Both the position numbers and the translations under genes were made by a program. Of a stretch of DNA of 64,000 nt, positions 11,918 through 20,485 are shown piece after piece. Origin of the DNA: an uncultured bacterium (GTDB taxonomy: Bacteria; Patescibacteriota; Minisyncoccia; Phycocordibacterales; GWA1-40-21). The stretch spans positions 504 through 64,503 of the forward strand of contig CAIJNK010000011.1 of assembly GCA_903822075.1 (NCBI GenBank), written 5' to 3'. A model generated the notes under the pieces. That model was not told the origin of the DNA and made no database searches. It saw nothing but the letters and a program-made list of their open reading frames with translations. Numbering within the stretch: the stretch's first letter is position 1; each line of letters opens with the position of its first letter.

Positions 11918-13861
11918 TTATCTGACTTGCCAGTCTTTTTGGGCGTTTAATTTGGCGGTAATTTTTTCCATCACACCAGTAATCTCCTCCTCGGACAAGG
12001 TGTGATCAAAGGACTGCAAAACCAACCTGAAAGCGTAGGAAGTCTTGGACGTGCCATCCGGTAACTTCTTGGTAAAAACGTCAAACAAACGGTCCTTGAC
12101 CAAAAGCAAGCCGGCTTCTTCTTCAATAATCCGCCACACCTCCCGTTCTTCCGTTCCTTCCGGCACAAATACCGCCACGTCACGGACAGAAAAGGGATAA
12201 ACGGAGATTTTTTCAAACCGCATATTGCTTGGCGCCATGGGTAATTCAACGTCATACGCCGTCGGTTCGGGCAGCCCCACCAGCATCTTATCAAAATCAA
12301 TTTCTATTACGTTCTGAAGGTTCTGAAATTTTTCGAAGGTTATGGTTATTTTTAGTTCACTCTCCAAGGATTTAATAATATTCACCAAAACATCCACGTC
12401 TTTCAATAAGCCTTTATTAGCAGACGGAGTCTTAACCCCGAGAACGAAATGTGTTTGTTCTCCGCTTTTCTTGAATATCTTGCTGATCTCGAATATTTTA
12501 ATCTGTGGCATATCGACAAGCTCAGAATAACGAGCATTGAAGTCTAAATATTCCGCCATACTGGCACTCAAGTTAGCCCGCAAAAACTTTTTGTCCGGAG
12601 CTACCGAGTTAGCCAATTCTATTTCTCCTTTTTCGGCAAAGGTATACCCGTATATTTCCGAAAAGCCGTTATCTGACAGAATTTTCTTTATTTTATTGGC
12701 ATAATAGAAATTCTTATTTATGACCGCTCCGGCAGTTTTTGTCAGTTTCTTTTCTCCCTCAATCTGTCCATAACCATACACTTTCAAAATTTCCTCAATC
12801 AGATCTTCTTTGATTTGCAGATCCAATCTTTCAAAAGGGATTTTAACCGTAAAATTATCGCCATTTATTTCATACTCGAAGTTCATGCGCCTAAAAATGT
12901 CTATAATTTCTTCCGTCGAAATTTTAATGCCCAAAACCTTTACTACTTGCTCGGTTGAAATATCCAATGAATGTCTGCTGGCTACGTTATCATAAGCATC
13001 AACCATATGACCCACCTTTGTTTCATCTCCGCTCGCAATATCCACGATAAGTTTTGTCAGTACTTCCATGGCTTCCCAACAAAGTTCCGGGGTCAAATCG
13101 TTCTCATACCGCTTTGAAGCGTCAGTCTGAATTTTAATTTTTTGGGCGGTCTTTCTGATCAAGACCGGATCAAAATTAGCGGATTCCAAAATAATGTTTT
13201 TGGTTTTTTCGTCAATCTCCGCCAAAGTGCCACCCTTAATGCCAGCAATGGCCAAAGCCTTGCCACTATTGGAAATGGTCAGAACGGTGTCATCCAAAAT
13301 CACCTGCTTGCCATCAAGAGTTTTAATTTCATCCGCGTTTATCGCTTTCTTTATTTCAATCAAGCAACCGCCTATTTTGCCGGCATCGAAAACATGCATT
13401 GGCTGTCCCAGTTCCAACATCACAAAATTAGTCGCGTCGACAAGGTTATTAATGGACCGCTGGCCCAGATTTTCCAGTCTTTTTTTAAGCCATTCAGGTG
13501 AAGGATTGATTTTGATATTTTCGATCACACGACCAATATAACGCCGACAATCATTTTTATCCTCAATTCTTATTTGCGGTTTTAGATCACTTTTTTTTAC
13601 CTTATCAATATCCGGAATATCTCGGGAATATTTCTTCATTGGCAAATCCAGCAACGCGGAAAGTTCTTGAGCGATTCCCCGATGACATAAACAGCTATGC
13701 GCCATGTTTGGTAGGATCTTAATGTCTAAAATATAATCGCCATCCACCCTTTCTACCCCTTCCACCTCGCTCGAATTCATGGTTAAAACATCCGCCACCT
13801 TTTCCACCGGTGGTAGCTTTTCGTCAAAATATTGATTTAACCAATTATAAGAAACCTTCAT
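11918..13861 (-). CDS. pheT: phenylalanine--tRNA ligase beta subunit (short form)
   Basis: 647 aa; B3/B4, B5 and anticodon-binding-like regions; lacks the N-terminal tRNA-binding domain of the canonical ~800-aa enzyme. Adjacent to pheS. Confidence 0.85.
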   Translation of the reverse strand: MKVSYNWLNQYFDEKLPPVEKVADVLTMNSSEVEGVERVDGDYILDIKILPNMAHSCLCHRGIAQELSALLDLPMKKYSRDIPDIDKVKKSDLKPQIRIEDKNDCRRYIGRVIENIKINPSPEWLKKRLENLGQRSINNLVDATNFVMLELGQPMHVFDAGKIGGCLIEIKKAINADEIKTLDGKQVILDDTVLTISNSGKALAIAGIKGGTLAEIDEKTKNIILESANFDPVLIRKTAQKIKIQTDASKRYENDLTPELCWEAMEVLTKLIVDIASGDETKVGHMVDAYDNVASRHSLDISTEQVVKVLGIKISTEEIIDIFRRMNFEYEINGDNFTVKIPFERLDLQIKEDLIEEILKVYGYGQIEGEKKLTKTAGAVINKNFYYANKIKKILSDNGFSEIYGYTFAEKGEIELANSVAPDKKFLRANLSASMAEYLDFNARYSELVDMPQIKIFEISKIFKKSGEQTHFVLGVKTPSANKGLLKDVDVLVNIIKSLESELKITITFEKFQNLQNVIEIDFDKMLVGLPEPTAYDVELPMAPSNMRFEKISVYPFSVRDVAVFVPEGTEEREVWRIIEEEAGLLLVKDRLFDVFTKKLPDGTSKTSYAFRLVLQSFDHTLSEEEITGVMEKITAKLNAQKDWQVR

Positions 13862-13881
13862 GTTATTTTTCTTTTAATATT

Positions 13882-14649
13882 TTAGAATTGATTTACTAAT
13901 CTTAAATCTCCGGAATACATCAAACGCACATCATCGATGCCGTATTTGAGCATAATAATCCTGTCCACTCCCATACCAAAAGCAAAACCTTGCCATTCTC
14001 TAGAATCAACATTCACACCTTCCAAGACTTTCGGATGCACCATCCCCGCACCGACCACCTCCACCCAGCCTGTGCCCTTACAAACCGGACAAGACTGTCC
14101 CTCTTTCAGGTCTCGGCCACCATTACATTTAAAACAGGATATGTCCGCTTCCAAGCCCGGTTCCACAAACGGGAAAAAGCTAGGACGAAAACGCACTTCC
14201 ACATCTCGTTCAAAAAACTTATCAAAAAATGTATTCAGAGTTGATTTTAAATCACTCATGTTAGCGTCCTTAGTGATCATGAGTCCCTCCAGCTGATGAA
14301 AAACCATCTCATGTGTGGCGTCCGTGGCTTCATTTCTAAAAACCTTGCCGTAGCAGACCATCTTAAACGGCGGCTTGTTTTTTTCCATATAACGTACTTG
14401 CACCGCACTAGTCTGTGTTCGCAATAACTTTCTTTCCGGATCATTTGGAGATTGCTTGAGCCAAAAGGTATCCTGCATATCTCGGGCGGGATGATCTTTA
14501 GGCACATTCAAAGCGTCAAAATTATAATGTTCCGTCTCAATTTCCGGCCCGTCGACCAAGGAAAAACCCATCTCATAGAAGATGGCATTGGCTCGATTAA
14601 TAAACTGTGTCATAGGGTGTATATGACCTTTTTCGGTCTTTTGTTCCAT
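13882..14649 (-). CDS. pheS: phenylalanine--tRNA ligase alpha subunit (short form, with Cys4 insertion)
   Basis: 255 aa; class II aaRS motifs (FDALNVPKDHPARDMQDTFW; GAGMVHPKVLE; FAFGMGVDRIIMLKYG). CFKC...CPVC insertion before motif 3. Confidence 0.9.
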   Translation of the reverse strand: MEQKTEKGHIHPMTQFINRANAIFYEMGFSLVDGPEIETEHYNFDALNVPKDHPARDMQDTFWLKQSPNDPERKLLRTQTSAVQVRYMEKNKPPFKMVCYGKVFRNEATDATHEMVFHQLEGLMITKDANMSDLKSTLNTFFDKFFERDVEVRFRPSFFPFVEPGLEADISCFKCNGGRDLKEGQSCPVCKGTGWVEVVGAGMVHPKVLEGVNVDSREWQGFAFGMGVDRIIMLKYGIDDVRLMYSGDLRLVNQF

Positions 14650-14687
14650 CCGCTTATCCTAACATAAACCCCACAAACAGAAAACCC

Positions 14688-14740
14688 CACCGACGCAGGC
14701 CGTGGGGCTCTGTGTTGATGGGGTCACTAATTTTTCAGAA
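14688..14740 (-). repeat. terminator-containing repeat (copy A) downstream of 14755..15015
   Basis: AACAGAAAACCCCAC-loop-GTGGGGCTCTGTGTTGATGGGGT; homologous to 15836..15890. On the minus strand forms a G/C stem followed by TTTTCTGTTTG. Confidence 0.5.
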
Positions 14741-14754
14741 CAAACCAGTTACCG

Positions 14755-15015
14755 CTACAGAAATTCTTCAGCGATCTCAGCTAAGGATTGATCTCCGATG
14801 TATACCCTGGGAAATACATTGGGTCCGAGGAATGGAAGTGGACCAACTGTCCCTTCGGAGAAAAAGAGACGAATCCCTTTTTCTTTGACTTCACCCGTAG
14901 TATAAATGCCGAGGTACATTGGTCGGTCAGAGACTGCATCCACCGAAATCCCATGTCGCCCAGTTAGACACGCATTCATATGTGCAAGCAATCTTTTGGC
15001 CTGATCAATTCTCAC
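14755..15015 (-). CDS. hypothetical small protein (cassette A ORF)
   Basis: 86 aa; GC higher than neighbours; flanked by the same promoter and terminator elements as 15893..16264 but with an unrelated sequence. Confidence 0.35.
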   Translation of the reverse strand: MRIDQAKRLLAHMNACLTGRHGISVDAVSDRPMYLGIYTTGEVKEKGIRLFFSEGTVGPLPFLGPNVFPRVYIGDQSLAEIAEEFL

Positions 15016-15082
15016 TTGTCACCAGTTTTTCTGCAGATCTCTCTGCTTGTGCTGTTTCAACTCCGAAATCCTAACTGTAGCA

Positions 15083-15112
15083 AGTATAGCATCTTTGAGT
15101 TAAAAAGTCAAT
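15083..15112 (-). promoter_or_regulatory. sigma70-like promoter (TTGACTTTT-N11-ATGCTATACT) for cassette A ORF
   Basis: Minus strand TTGACTTTTTAACTCAAAGATGCTATACT: -35 TTGACT, 17-nt spacer, extended -10 TGCTATACT. Confidence 0.5.
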
Positions 15113-15138
15113 AGGTAAAAATAACCTTGTTTCTAGGG

Positions 15139-15810
15139 CTATTTTTCTGAGTTTTTCTTCAAAATTACCTGCCATTCCGCTTTTAGATCATGGTATTTAT
15201 TTTCAGACTGATCTTCCTTTATTTCCTCCACGGTCAAGCCATGATCCTCAGCCAATCTTCTGATTTCTGATTCAGTAAAATAATGCTGATAAACACCCAC
15301 CTCTTTTCCCCCTTGTACCTGATAAGTTTTTCCGCCCAGATCATTTTCTTGGGTCAAAGTTTCGTTTTGTTTTGGTAATTGTGCAGTAGATCTCAAGGTG
15401 AGTAAAATAAGGGTATTTTCTTTTACGACTCTTACAATTTCGGAAAATACCGTATCCAAACCGTGATCATCATTATAATCAAGAACTCTGTTCGAAATCA
15501 GTGAATCAAAAGAAGCGTCACTAAAAGGTAAATGATGAATATCCGCAACAAGAGCATCCGACCGCGGATAATCAGCTAATATTTGTTGTGTTTTTCTAAC
15601 TCCTTCTTGCGATAAATCCACGGCGGTCACATCAATTCCCTTCTCGGCTAAATATTTACTGTGCCGGCCGGCGCCACAGCCTAGATCCAGACAACTTTGG
15701 CCGGGAATAAGAAAATTATCAATAAAATAGACCACGATGGAGCGAGGGGAGGTTTCTTCCTTTTTACTATACTTTTCATCATACATTCCGGTCCCATAAT
15801 TTTGTTCCAT
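15139..15810 (-). CDS. class I SAM-dependent methyltransferase
   Basis: 223 aa; motif I LDLGCGAGRHSKYLAEKG, motif II/III pattern (VDLS ... DSLISNRVL). Confidence 0.7.
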   Translation of the reverse strand: MEQNYGTGMYDEKYSKKEETSPRSIVVYFIDNFLIPGQSCLDLGCGAGRHSKYLAEKGIDVTAVDLSQEGVRKTQQILADYPRSDALVADIHHLPFSDASFDSLISNRVLDYNDDHGLDTVFSEIVRVVKENTLILLTLRSTAQLPKQNETLTQENDLGGKTYQVQGGKEVGVYQHYFTESEIRRLAEDHGLTVEEIKEDQSENKYHDLKAEWQVILKKNSEK

Positions 15811-15835
15811 CCTCTGATTCTAACATGTACGCAAC

Positions 15836-15890
15836 AAACAGAAAACCCCACTAGCGTGAGCTGGGGGCTCCGTGTTAGTGGGGTTTGATT
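15836..15890 (-). repeat. terminator-containing repeat (copy B) downstream of 15893..16264
   Basis: AACAGAAAACCCCACTAGCGTGAGCTGGGGGCTCCGTGTTAGTGGGGT; about 80% identical to copy A over about 55 nt; hairpin plus T-tract on the minus strand. Confidence 0.5.
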
Positions 15891-15892
15891 AC

Positions 15893-16264
15893 CTAATCTA
15901 GCTCGTAAGACTCCTGGATGGCCGCTGCAAACGGCATGAAGAGACAAAGGACAAGGCTGAAGGCAATAAATGCGCCAATCACCAGGATAGGCATACTCAA
16001 GACTCCAATCTCATCGCCAATCCTCGTAATTTCCTCTGCGGAATTATTCAGCCAATGGAAACCTGCCGTGAGTATGATTGCCGCTACCAGTCCGGCTAGC
16101 CACATTCGAAGCCTCGGCCAAAGAAAAGACCAAAGACCCTCAGTCCTGATCCAGCCAAGCTTCCGCTGATCAATTCTGCCCCGTATCACCGCCACCACCA
16201 AGGTACCGATGAAGTAAATCAGGACAAGAATGAATGGCGACTGAACCGACAATAGCTCTTTCAT
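15893..16264 (-). CDS. small integral membrane protein (cassette B ORF)
   Basis: 123 aa; three predicted TM helices; GC higher than surroundings. Confidence 0.35.
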   Translation of the reverse strand: MKELLSVQSPFILVLIYFIGTLVVAVIRGRIDQRKLGWIRTEGLWSFLWPRLRMWLAGLVAAIILTAGFHWLNNSAEEITRIGDEIGVLSMPILVIGAFIAFSLVLCLFMPFAAAIQESYELD

Positions 16265-16331
16265 TTTCTCTTTTCTCCCTTTATATTTTCACGTTTAGAA
16301 CTGTTTCGATGTGGTATTCTTTACTTATTCA

Positions 16332-16361
16332 AGTATAGCATAAATATGTGTAAAAGTCAAT
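16332..16361 (-). promoter_or_regulatory. sigma70-like promoter (TTGACTTTT-N10-ATGCTATACT) for cassette B ORF
   Basis: Minus strand TTGACTTTTACACATATTTATGCTATACT; same grammar as 15083..15112. Confidence 0.5.
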
Positions 16362-16375
16362 TATACCAGAGAATA

Positions 16376-16406
16376 GCAAAAATAGCCCTATTTCTAGGGC
16401 TATTTT
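16376..16406. terminator. intrinsic terminator hairpin after rpoD
   Basis: AAAATAGCCCT-ATTTCT-AGGGCTATTTT, perfect 11-bp stem. A degenerate copy overlaps the stop of the methyltransferase at 15113..15146. Confidence 0.55.
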
Positions 16407-16416
16407 AAGAGAAACT

Positions 16417-17616
16417 TTAGTAGTTCTGCAATCTATTTATCTTCCCATGCACCCTTATCTTTTCGTGCGCTTTAGCCTCAATCTGGCGGATACGCTCACG
16501 AGTAACGCCAAACTCTTTACCCACTTCTTCCAAAGTATGGGTAATGCCATCAATCAAGCCGTGACGCATTTCTAATATTTTTCTTTCTTTCAGTGAAAGA
16601 TCGGAAAGGATTTCCTTAACCTGATCTCCCAAGATTCGGCGGGAACTTTCCTGATCCGGCGACAATATTTTATCATCCGCCACAAAATCACCCAAGGTAG
16701 ATTTTCCGTCATCACCATCATCCCCCACCGGCGTTTCCAACGACACGGTATCTTGATCGATCTTTTCAATATTATAAACTTTCTCAATCTCAATCCCCAT
16801 CTCGGTCGCAATTTCCTCAGGTAAAGGATCTCGGCCCAAGTCCTGAGACAGTCTCCGCACACACTGTTTGTACTTGGCAATAGTCTCCACCATGTGTACC
16901 GGCACGCGAATAGTTCGGCTCTGATCGGCCAAAGCTCTGGTGATAGCCTGTCTAATCCACCAAGTAGCGTAAGTAGAAAACTTGTAACCCTTGGTCCAGT
17001 CAAATTTATCCACGGCCTTGAACAAACCGAGGTTTCCTTCTTGAATCAAATCAAGTAACGTCAGATCAGCACTTCGGCCCACATATTTCTTGGCAATGGA
17101 TACCACCAAACGCAAGTTGGCCCTAGCCAAGAGATTTTTCGCTTCTTCATCACCCACCTGAATCTTACGGGCTAAATCTTTTTCCATCGTCGCGGAAATC
17201 AGTGGGTACTGACCAATCTCTTTCAAATACATCTGAATAGAGTCGTAGGAAGAGTCACCAGTTCGGCCGCCAAAGGCGTACTTCTTCAAAGTTTCTTCTT
17301 CTTTTTCGATGTCGAGCATTCCACCGCCCTCAAGCACATCCACGCCGGTAGTGGATAAACGATTATACAAATCGTCCAAAAATACCACATCTGTCTCAAT
17401 GTTTGGAAACTCTTTCAAGATTTCATCATAAGTGACAAAACCTCTCTCCCGACCCTTAGCCAAGAGTCTTGAAGTCTTGATCTCCTGCTCCTTTTTCTTG
17501 TCCATCCCAGTTTTCTTGATTGGCTTGGCGGATACCTTTTTAATCTTTTTAACTGGACTCTTTTTTACCGCCTTCTTAGCTGACTTTTTTACTTTTTTGG
17601 TTATTTTTTTCTTCAT
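16417..17616 (-). CDS. rpoD: RNA polymerase sigma factor RpoD (sigma-70)
   Basis: 399 aa; lysine-rich N-terminus; regions 1.2, 2 (DLIQEGNLGLFKAVDKFD...YATWWIRQAITRA), 3 and 4 (helix-turn-helix LEEVGKEFGVTRERIRQIE). Confidence 0.95.
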   Translation of the reverse strand: MKKKITKKVKKSAKKAVKKSPVKKIKKVSAKPIKKTGMDKKKEQEIKTSRLLAKGRERGFVTYDEILKEFPNIETDVVFLDDLYNRLSTTGVDVLEGGGMLDIEKEEETLKKYAFGGRTGDSSYDSIQMYLKEIGQYPLISATMEKDLARKIQVGDEEAKNLLARANLRLVVSIAKKYVGRSADLTLLDLIQEGNLGLFKAVDKFDWTKGYKFSTYATWWIRQAITRALADQSRTIRVPVHMVETIAKYKQCVRRLSQDLGRDPLPEEIATEMGIEIEKVYNIEKIDQDTVSLETPVGDDGDDGKSTLGDFVADDKILSPDQESSRRILGDQVKEILSDLSLKERKILEMRHGLIDGITHTLEEVGKEFGVTRERIRQIEAKAHEKIRVHGKINRLQNY

Positions 17617-17620
17617 TGTT

Positions 17621-19333
17621 TTATTTAAGTTTAGCTAATCTTTTGGTAAGTTCGTTACACAACCCAGCCATTATATCACGTTTTTTTAAATCTTTTTCTT
17701 TCTCGGCTTTGATCATCTCACTCATTGTCCGCGCCAATTCTCGTTTGACATATTCTTTTTCCAGTTCCATTAAGAGCTCGTCGAGTACCGCCTGAATCTT
17801 CTTTTTCTCATAATACTGCTCAGCTTCAAAAATCGCTTCATTTATCACCTGGACTGGCGCCGTCTCCCACTTTTTAAAATTCTCCCCACCAATGATTTCT
17901 CGTACCTTCTGTTTCGATGTCTGAATATCGATCAGTTTTTCCGTGTCTTTCTCTTGCCAGCCAATGACCCCCAATACTCGCCGTTCAATGGAATCCACCC
18001 GGTCTATAGCTGTCTTATTATCAAAATTACCGCTTTTTGTACCAACACCATCCACACCCGGCTCCACTTTTACTTTTTTCAAATCTTCCCAAATAGCCGC
18101 CTCGCTGATGCCAGTCTTCTCTGCAATCTTTTTTACAAAATGTGATTTCTCAATACTACTTTCAATGATTGCCAAAAAGGGCAGTATTTTCTCCTGCACC
18201 TCCTTACCGAGTTTTCTTGGTTCTAATTTTTCAGCTAAGATTTTCGCTAAGTAAAAATCAATAATATGCATGGAATCTTTGAGCGCCTCTTTGAATTTTT
18301 CCTTGCCATCCGTACTCAAAATCACATCTGCCGGATCTTTGCCATCCTTAAATTCAGCAATTTTTACTTCCATACCTAAGGACAATGCCAACTGCCAGGC
18401 TTTGGTAGCTGCCGCAAAACCGGCCTTATCCGCATCAAAAGCCATAATCACTCTGTTTGATATTCTTCTAAGAAGTGTGAGATGTTCTGGAGTTAGGGCT
18501 GTGCCGGAAGTAGCCACCACATTTTGAAAGCCCGCCTGATGACACATAATAATATCCATTTGTCCTTCCACAATCACTGAATAATCAAATTTCTTGATGG
18601 CAAGTTTAGCCAAATCAAAACCATAAAGAATCCGTGATTTGTTGAACACCGCCGTTTCCGGAGAGTTCAAATATTTGGCGCTTTTGCCATCGTCATTTTC
18701 CGGCAAAATTCGCCCGGTAAACGCCACCACTCGGCCGGCGCTATCTCGAATCGGAAACATAATCCGACCTCGAAAGCGGTCATAAAAACTGCGCTCATTT
18801 CTCTTAATCAAACCTGCTTGTTCTATTTCACTGTCAGAAAATTTTCGGGCGGCCAGATAATCATAAAGCGTACGCCAATCATCAGCCACAAAACCAATTC
18901 GCCAATCTTTGATAGTCTTTTCTGTTAAGCCTCTTTTTTCCAAATATTTTACGGCACTATTTGATTTAGGTAAATTAGATTCAAAGAATTGGGTGGCGGC
19001 TTCGAGTGCATTAAATATCGCCTCCTTTTCATCTTTCTTTTCAAAATCGGTTCGCTCCAAAGTCACGCCCGTTCTTTCCGCCAAGAGTTTCAAGGCGCCA
19101 AAAAAGTCCAAACCTTCAAACTCCTGCACAAAAGTAAAAATATCACCTTTTGCGCCACAGCCGAAACAATAATAAGAATCCCGATCCGGCGATACAAAAA
19201 AGCTCGGCGTCTTCTCATTATGAAACGGGCACCTGGCTTTCATATTCTTCCCTGCTTTCTCTAATTTTATATATGTACCCAAAAGATCCACAATATTCAG
19301 CCTCTCTTTTATTTTTTCTACGGGGGTGCTCAT
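17621..19333 (-). CDS. dnaG: DNA primase
   Basis: 570 aa; zinc-binding domain (CPFHNEKTPSFFV...YCFGCGAKGD), TOPRIM (VIVEGQMD...AFDADKAG). Conserved dnaG-rpoD order. Confidence 0.9.
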   Translation of the reverse strand: MSTPVEKIKERLNIVDLLGTYIKLEKAGKNMKARCPFHNEKTPSFFVSPDRDSYYCFGCGAKGDIFTFVQEFEGLDFFGALKLLAERTGVTLERTDFEKKDEKEAIFNALEAATQFFESNLPKSNSAVKYLEKRGLTEKTIKDWRIGFVADDWRTLYDYLAARKFSDSEIEQAGLIKRNERSFYDRFRGRIMFPIRDSAGRVVAFTGRILPENDDGKSAKYLNSPETAVFNKSRILYGFDLAKLAIKKFDYSVIVEGQMDIIMCHQAGFQNVVATSGTALTPEHLTLLRRISNRVIMAFDADKAGFAAATKAWQLALSLGMEVKIAEFKDGKDPADVILSTDGKEKFKEALKDSMHIIDFYLAKILAEKLEPRKLGKEVQEKILPFLAIIESSIEKSHFVKKIAEKTGISEAAIWEDLKKVKVEPGVDGVGTKSGNFDNKTAIDRVDSIERRVLGVIGWQEKDTEKLIDIQTSKQKVREIIGGENFKKWETAPVQVINEAIFEAEQYYEKKKIQAVLDELLMELEKEYVKRELARTMSEMIKAEKEKDLKKRDIMAGLCNELTKRLAKLK

Positions 19334-19336
19334 CTC

Positions 19337-20485
19337 TTAATTTGTACACTTTCTAGCCAAAGCCGGGCAGGCAATATTTGCACCAGCGTTTGGCAACTCG
19401 CAGTTATTGTTATCCACCGCCATCATGCCTTGATAACCGTTATTGCATGCTCCCCAACCGCAAATCCAGTTTGACGTGCAGGAAGTAGTAGTGGCTTGAT
19501 CTAAAACACACTTATGATTTATACATCTATTAGCCGGAAATAGTGGCCCGCCACCAGGACCGGCGCCTATAAGCTGTGGGCAATCAGTATCAACTTTGCA
19601 TTGTAAAGCTGGTGTTGAAATCGGAGCTAAGACCTTAAACGTCTTCACAATATTCACCGCCTCCTCCCCGCCCAAGGCATCGGTAAAACCCCACCAGCGT
19701 GGTGGCGTGGCAAAAATATAATTCTGATTTTCTCCCACTTCACCGGGACCAACCGGCGCGGCGCTCACGGCGACCTTTTCCGCTGAAATAAGTTTCCAAA
19801 CATCTGGCGTGATAATCATAAGCGGAATATCCTGCCAAGGTTGGCTCGGCGTGGACTGCGGATTTTTAAAGATTAATTTTGTCCCAGTGTAAGTAGTAGT
19901 GCCATCAATTAGCCATCCAGTCCAAGTACTTTTAACCACGGTATACCCCCTCCATGAAGCCGGAAATTGCATGGTAAAACCATATTCTGTATTGGTGTAA
20001 GTTTCCACCGAGAAAATTGGTGTTAATAATTGGGCCGATTTTAATGAATCCTCAAGGGCAAATACTTGCGTGTAAGCATAATCTAAAACCTTTGGATCTA
20101 GCGAGCAGGGGTTGGTGGATCGAAGATAAAAGATGTTTTTATCACCGATAGTTATAATGGCTGAAATTTCATCGTTATTAAGTATCGTTGTGGTACTGGT
20201 ATTGCGTAAAAAGATACTCCCTAATGAATCAGTGTCTGCACGACAAACATCTCCTCCCATTTTTATTAGAGATTTTGAAGTAAAGCCCACACTTTTCGAG
20301 TCAGTGTTATAATTATATGTCAGGTCTTCTATTCTGGATGAAAGAGGTATTCCAATCCCAAGTTCTTTTATTTGAAGAAAGTTTAAAGGTGCTTCTACCC
20401 TCTTATTTTGGCAGATAAACATGACTCCGATTATTAGGATAATGATGACTATAATTATGAAGAGAAAAGTTTTTTTATTTTTCAT
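19337..20485 (-). CDS. membrane-anchored exported protein with Cys-rich C-terminal domain (paralog of 25672..26826)
   Basis: Start moved to internal ATG (MKNKKTFLFIIIVIIIL...). N-terminal anchor ending NKRVEAP, shared motif YTNTEYGFTMQFPASW, and a C-terminal region with more than 12 Cys. Confidence 0.45.
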   Translation of the reverse strand: MKNKKTFLFIIIVIIILIIGVMFICQNKRVEAPLNFLQIKELGIGIPLSSRIEDLTYNYNTDSKSVGFTSKSLIKMGGDVCRADTDSLGSIFLRNTSTTTILNNDEISAIITIGDKNIFYLRSTNPCSLDPKVLDYAYTQVFALEDSLKSAQLLTPIFSVETYTNTEYGFTMQFPASWRGYTVVKSTWTGWLIDGTTTYTGTKLIFKNPQSTPSQPWQDIPLMIITPDVWKLISAEKVAVSAAPVGPGEVGENQNYIFATPPRWWGFTDALGGEEAVNIVKTFKVLAPISTPALQCKVDTDCPQLIGAGPGGGPLFPANRCINHKCVLDQATTTSCTSNWICGWGACNNGYQGMMAVDNNNCELPNAGANIACPALARKCTN

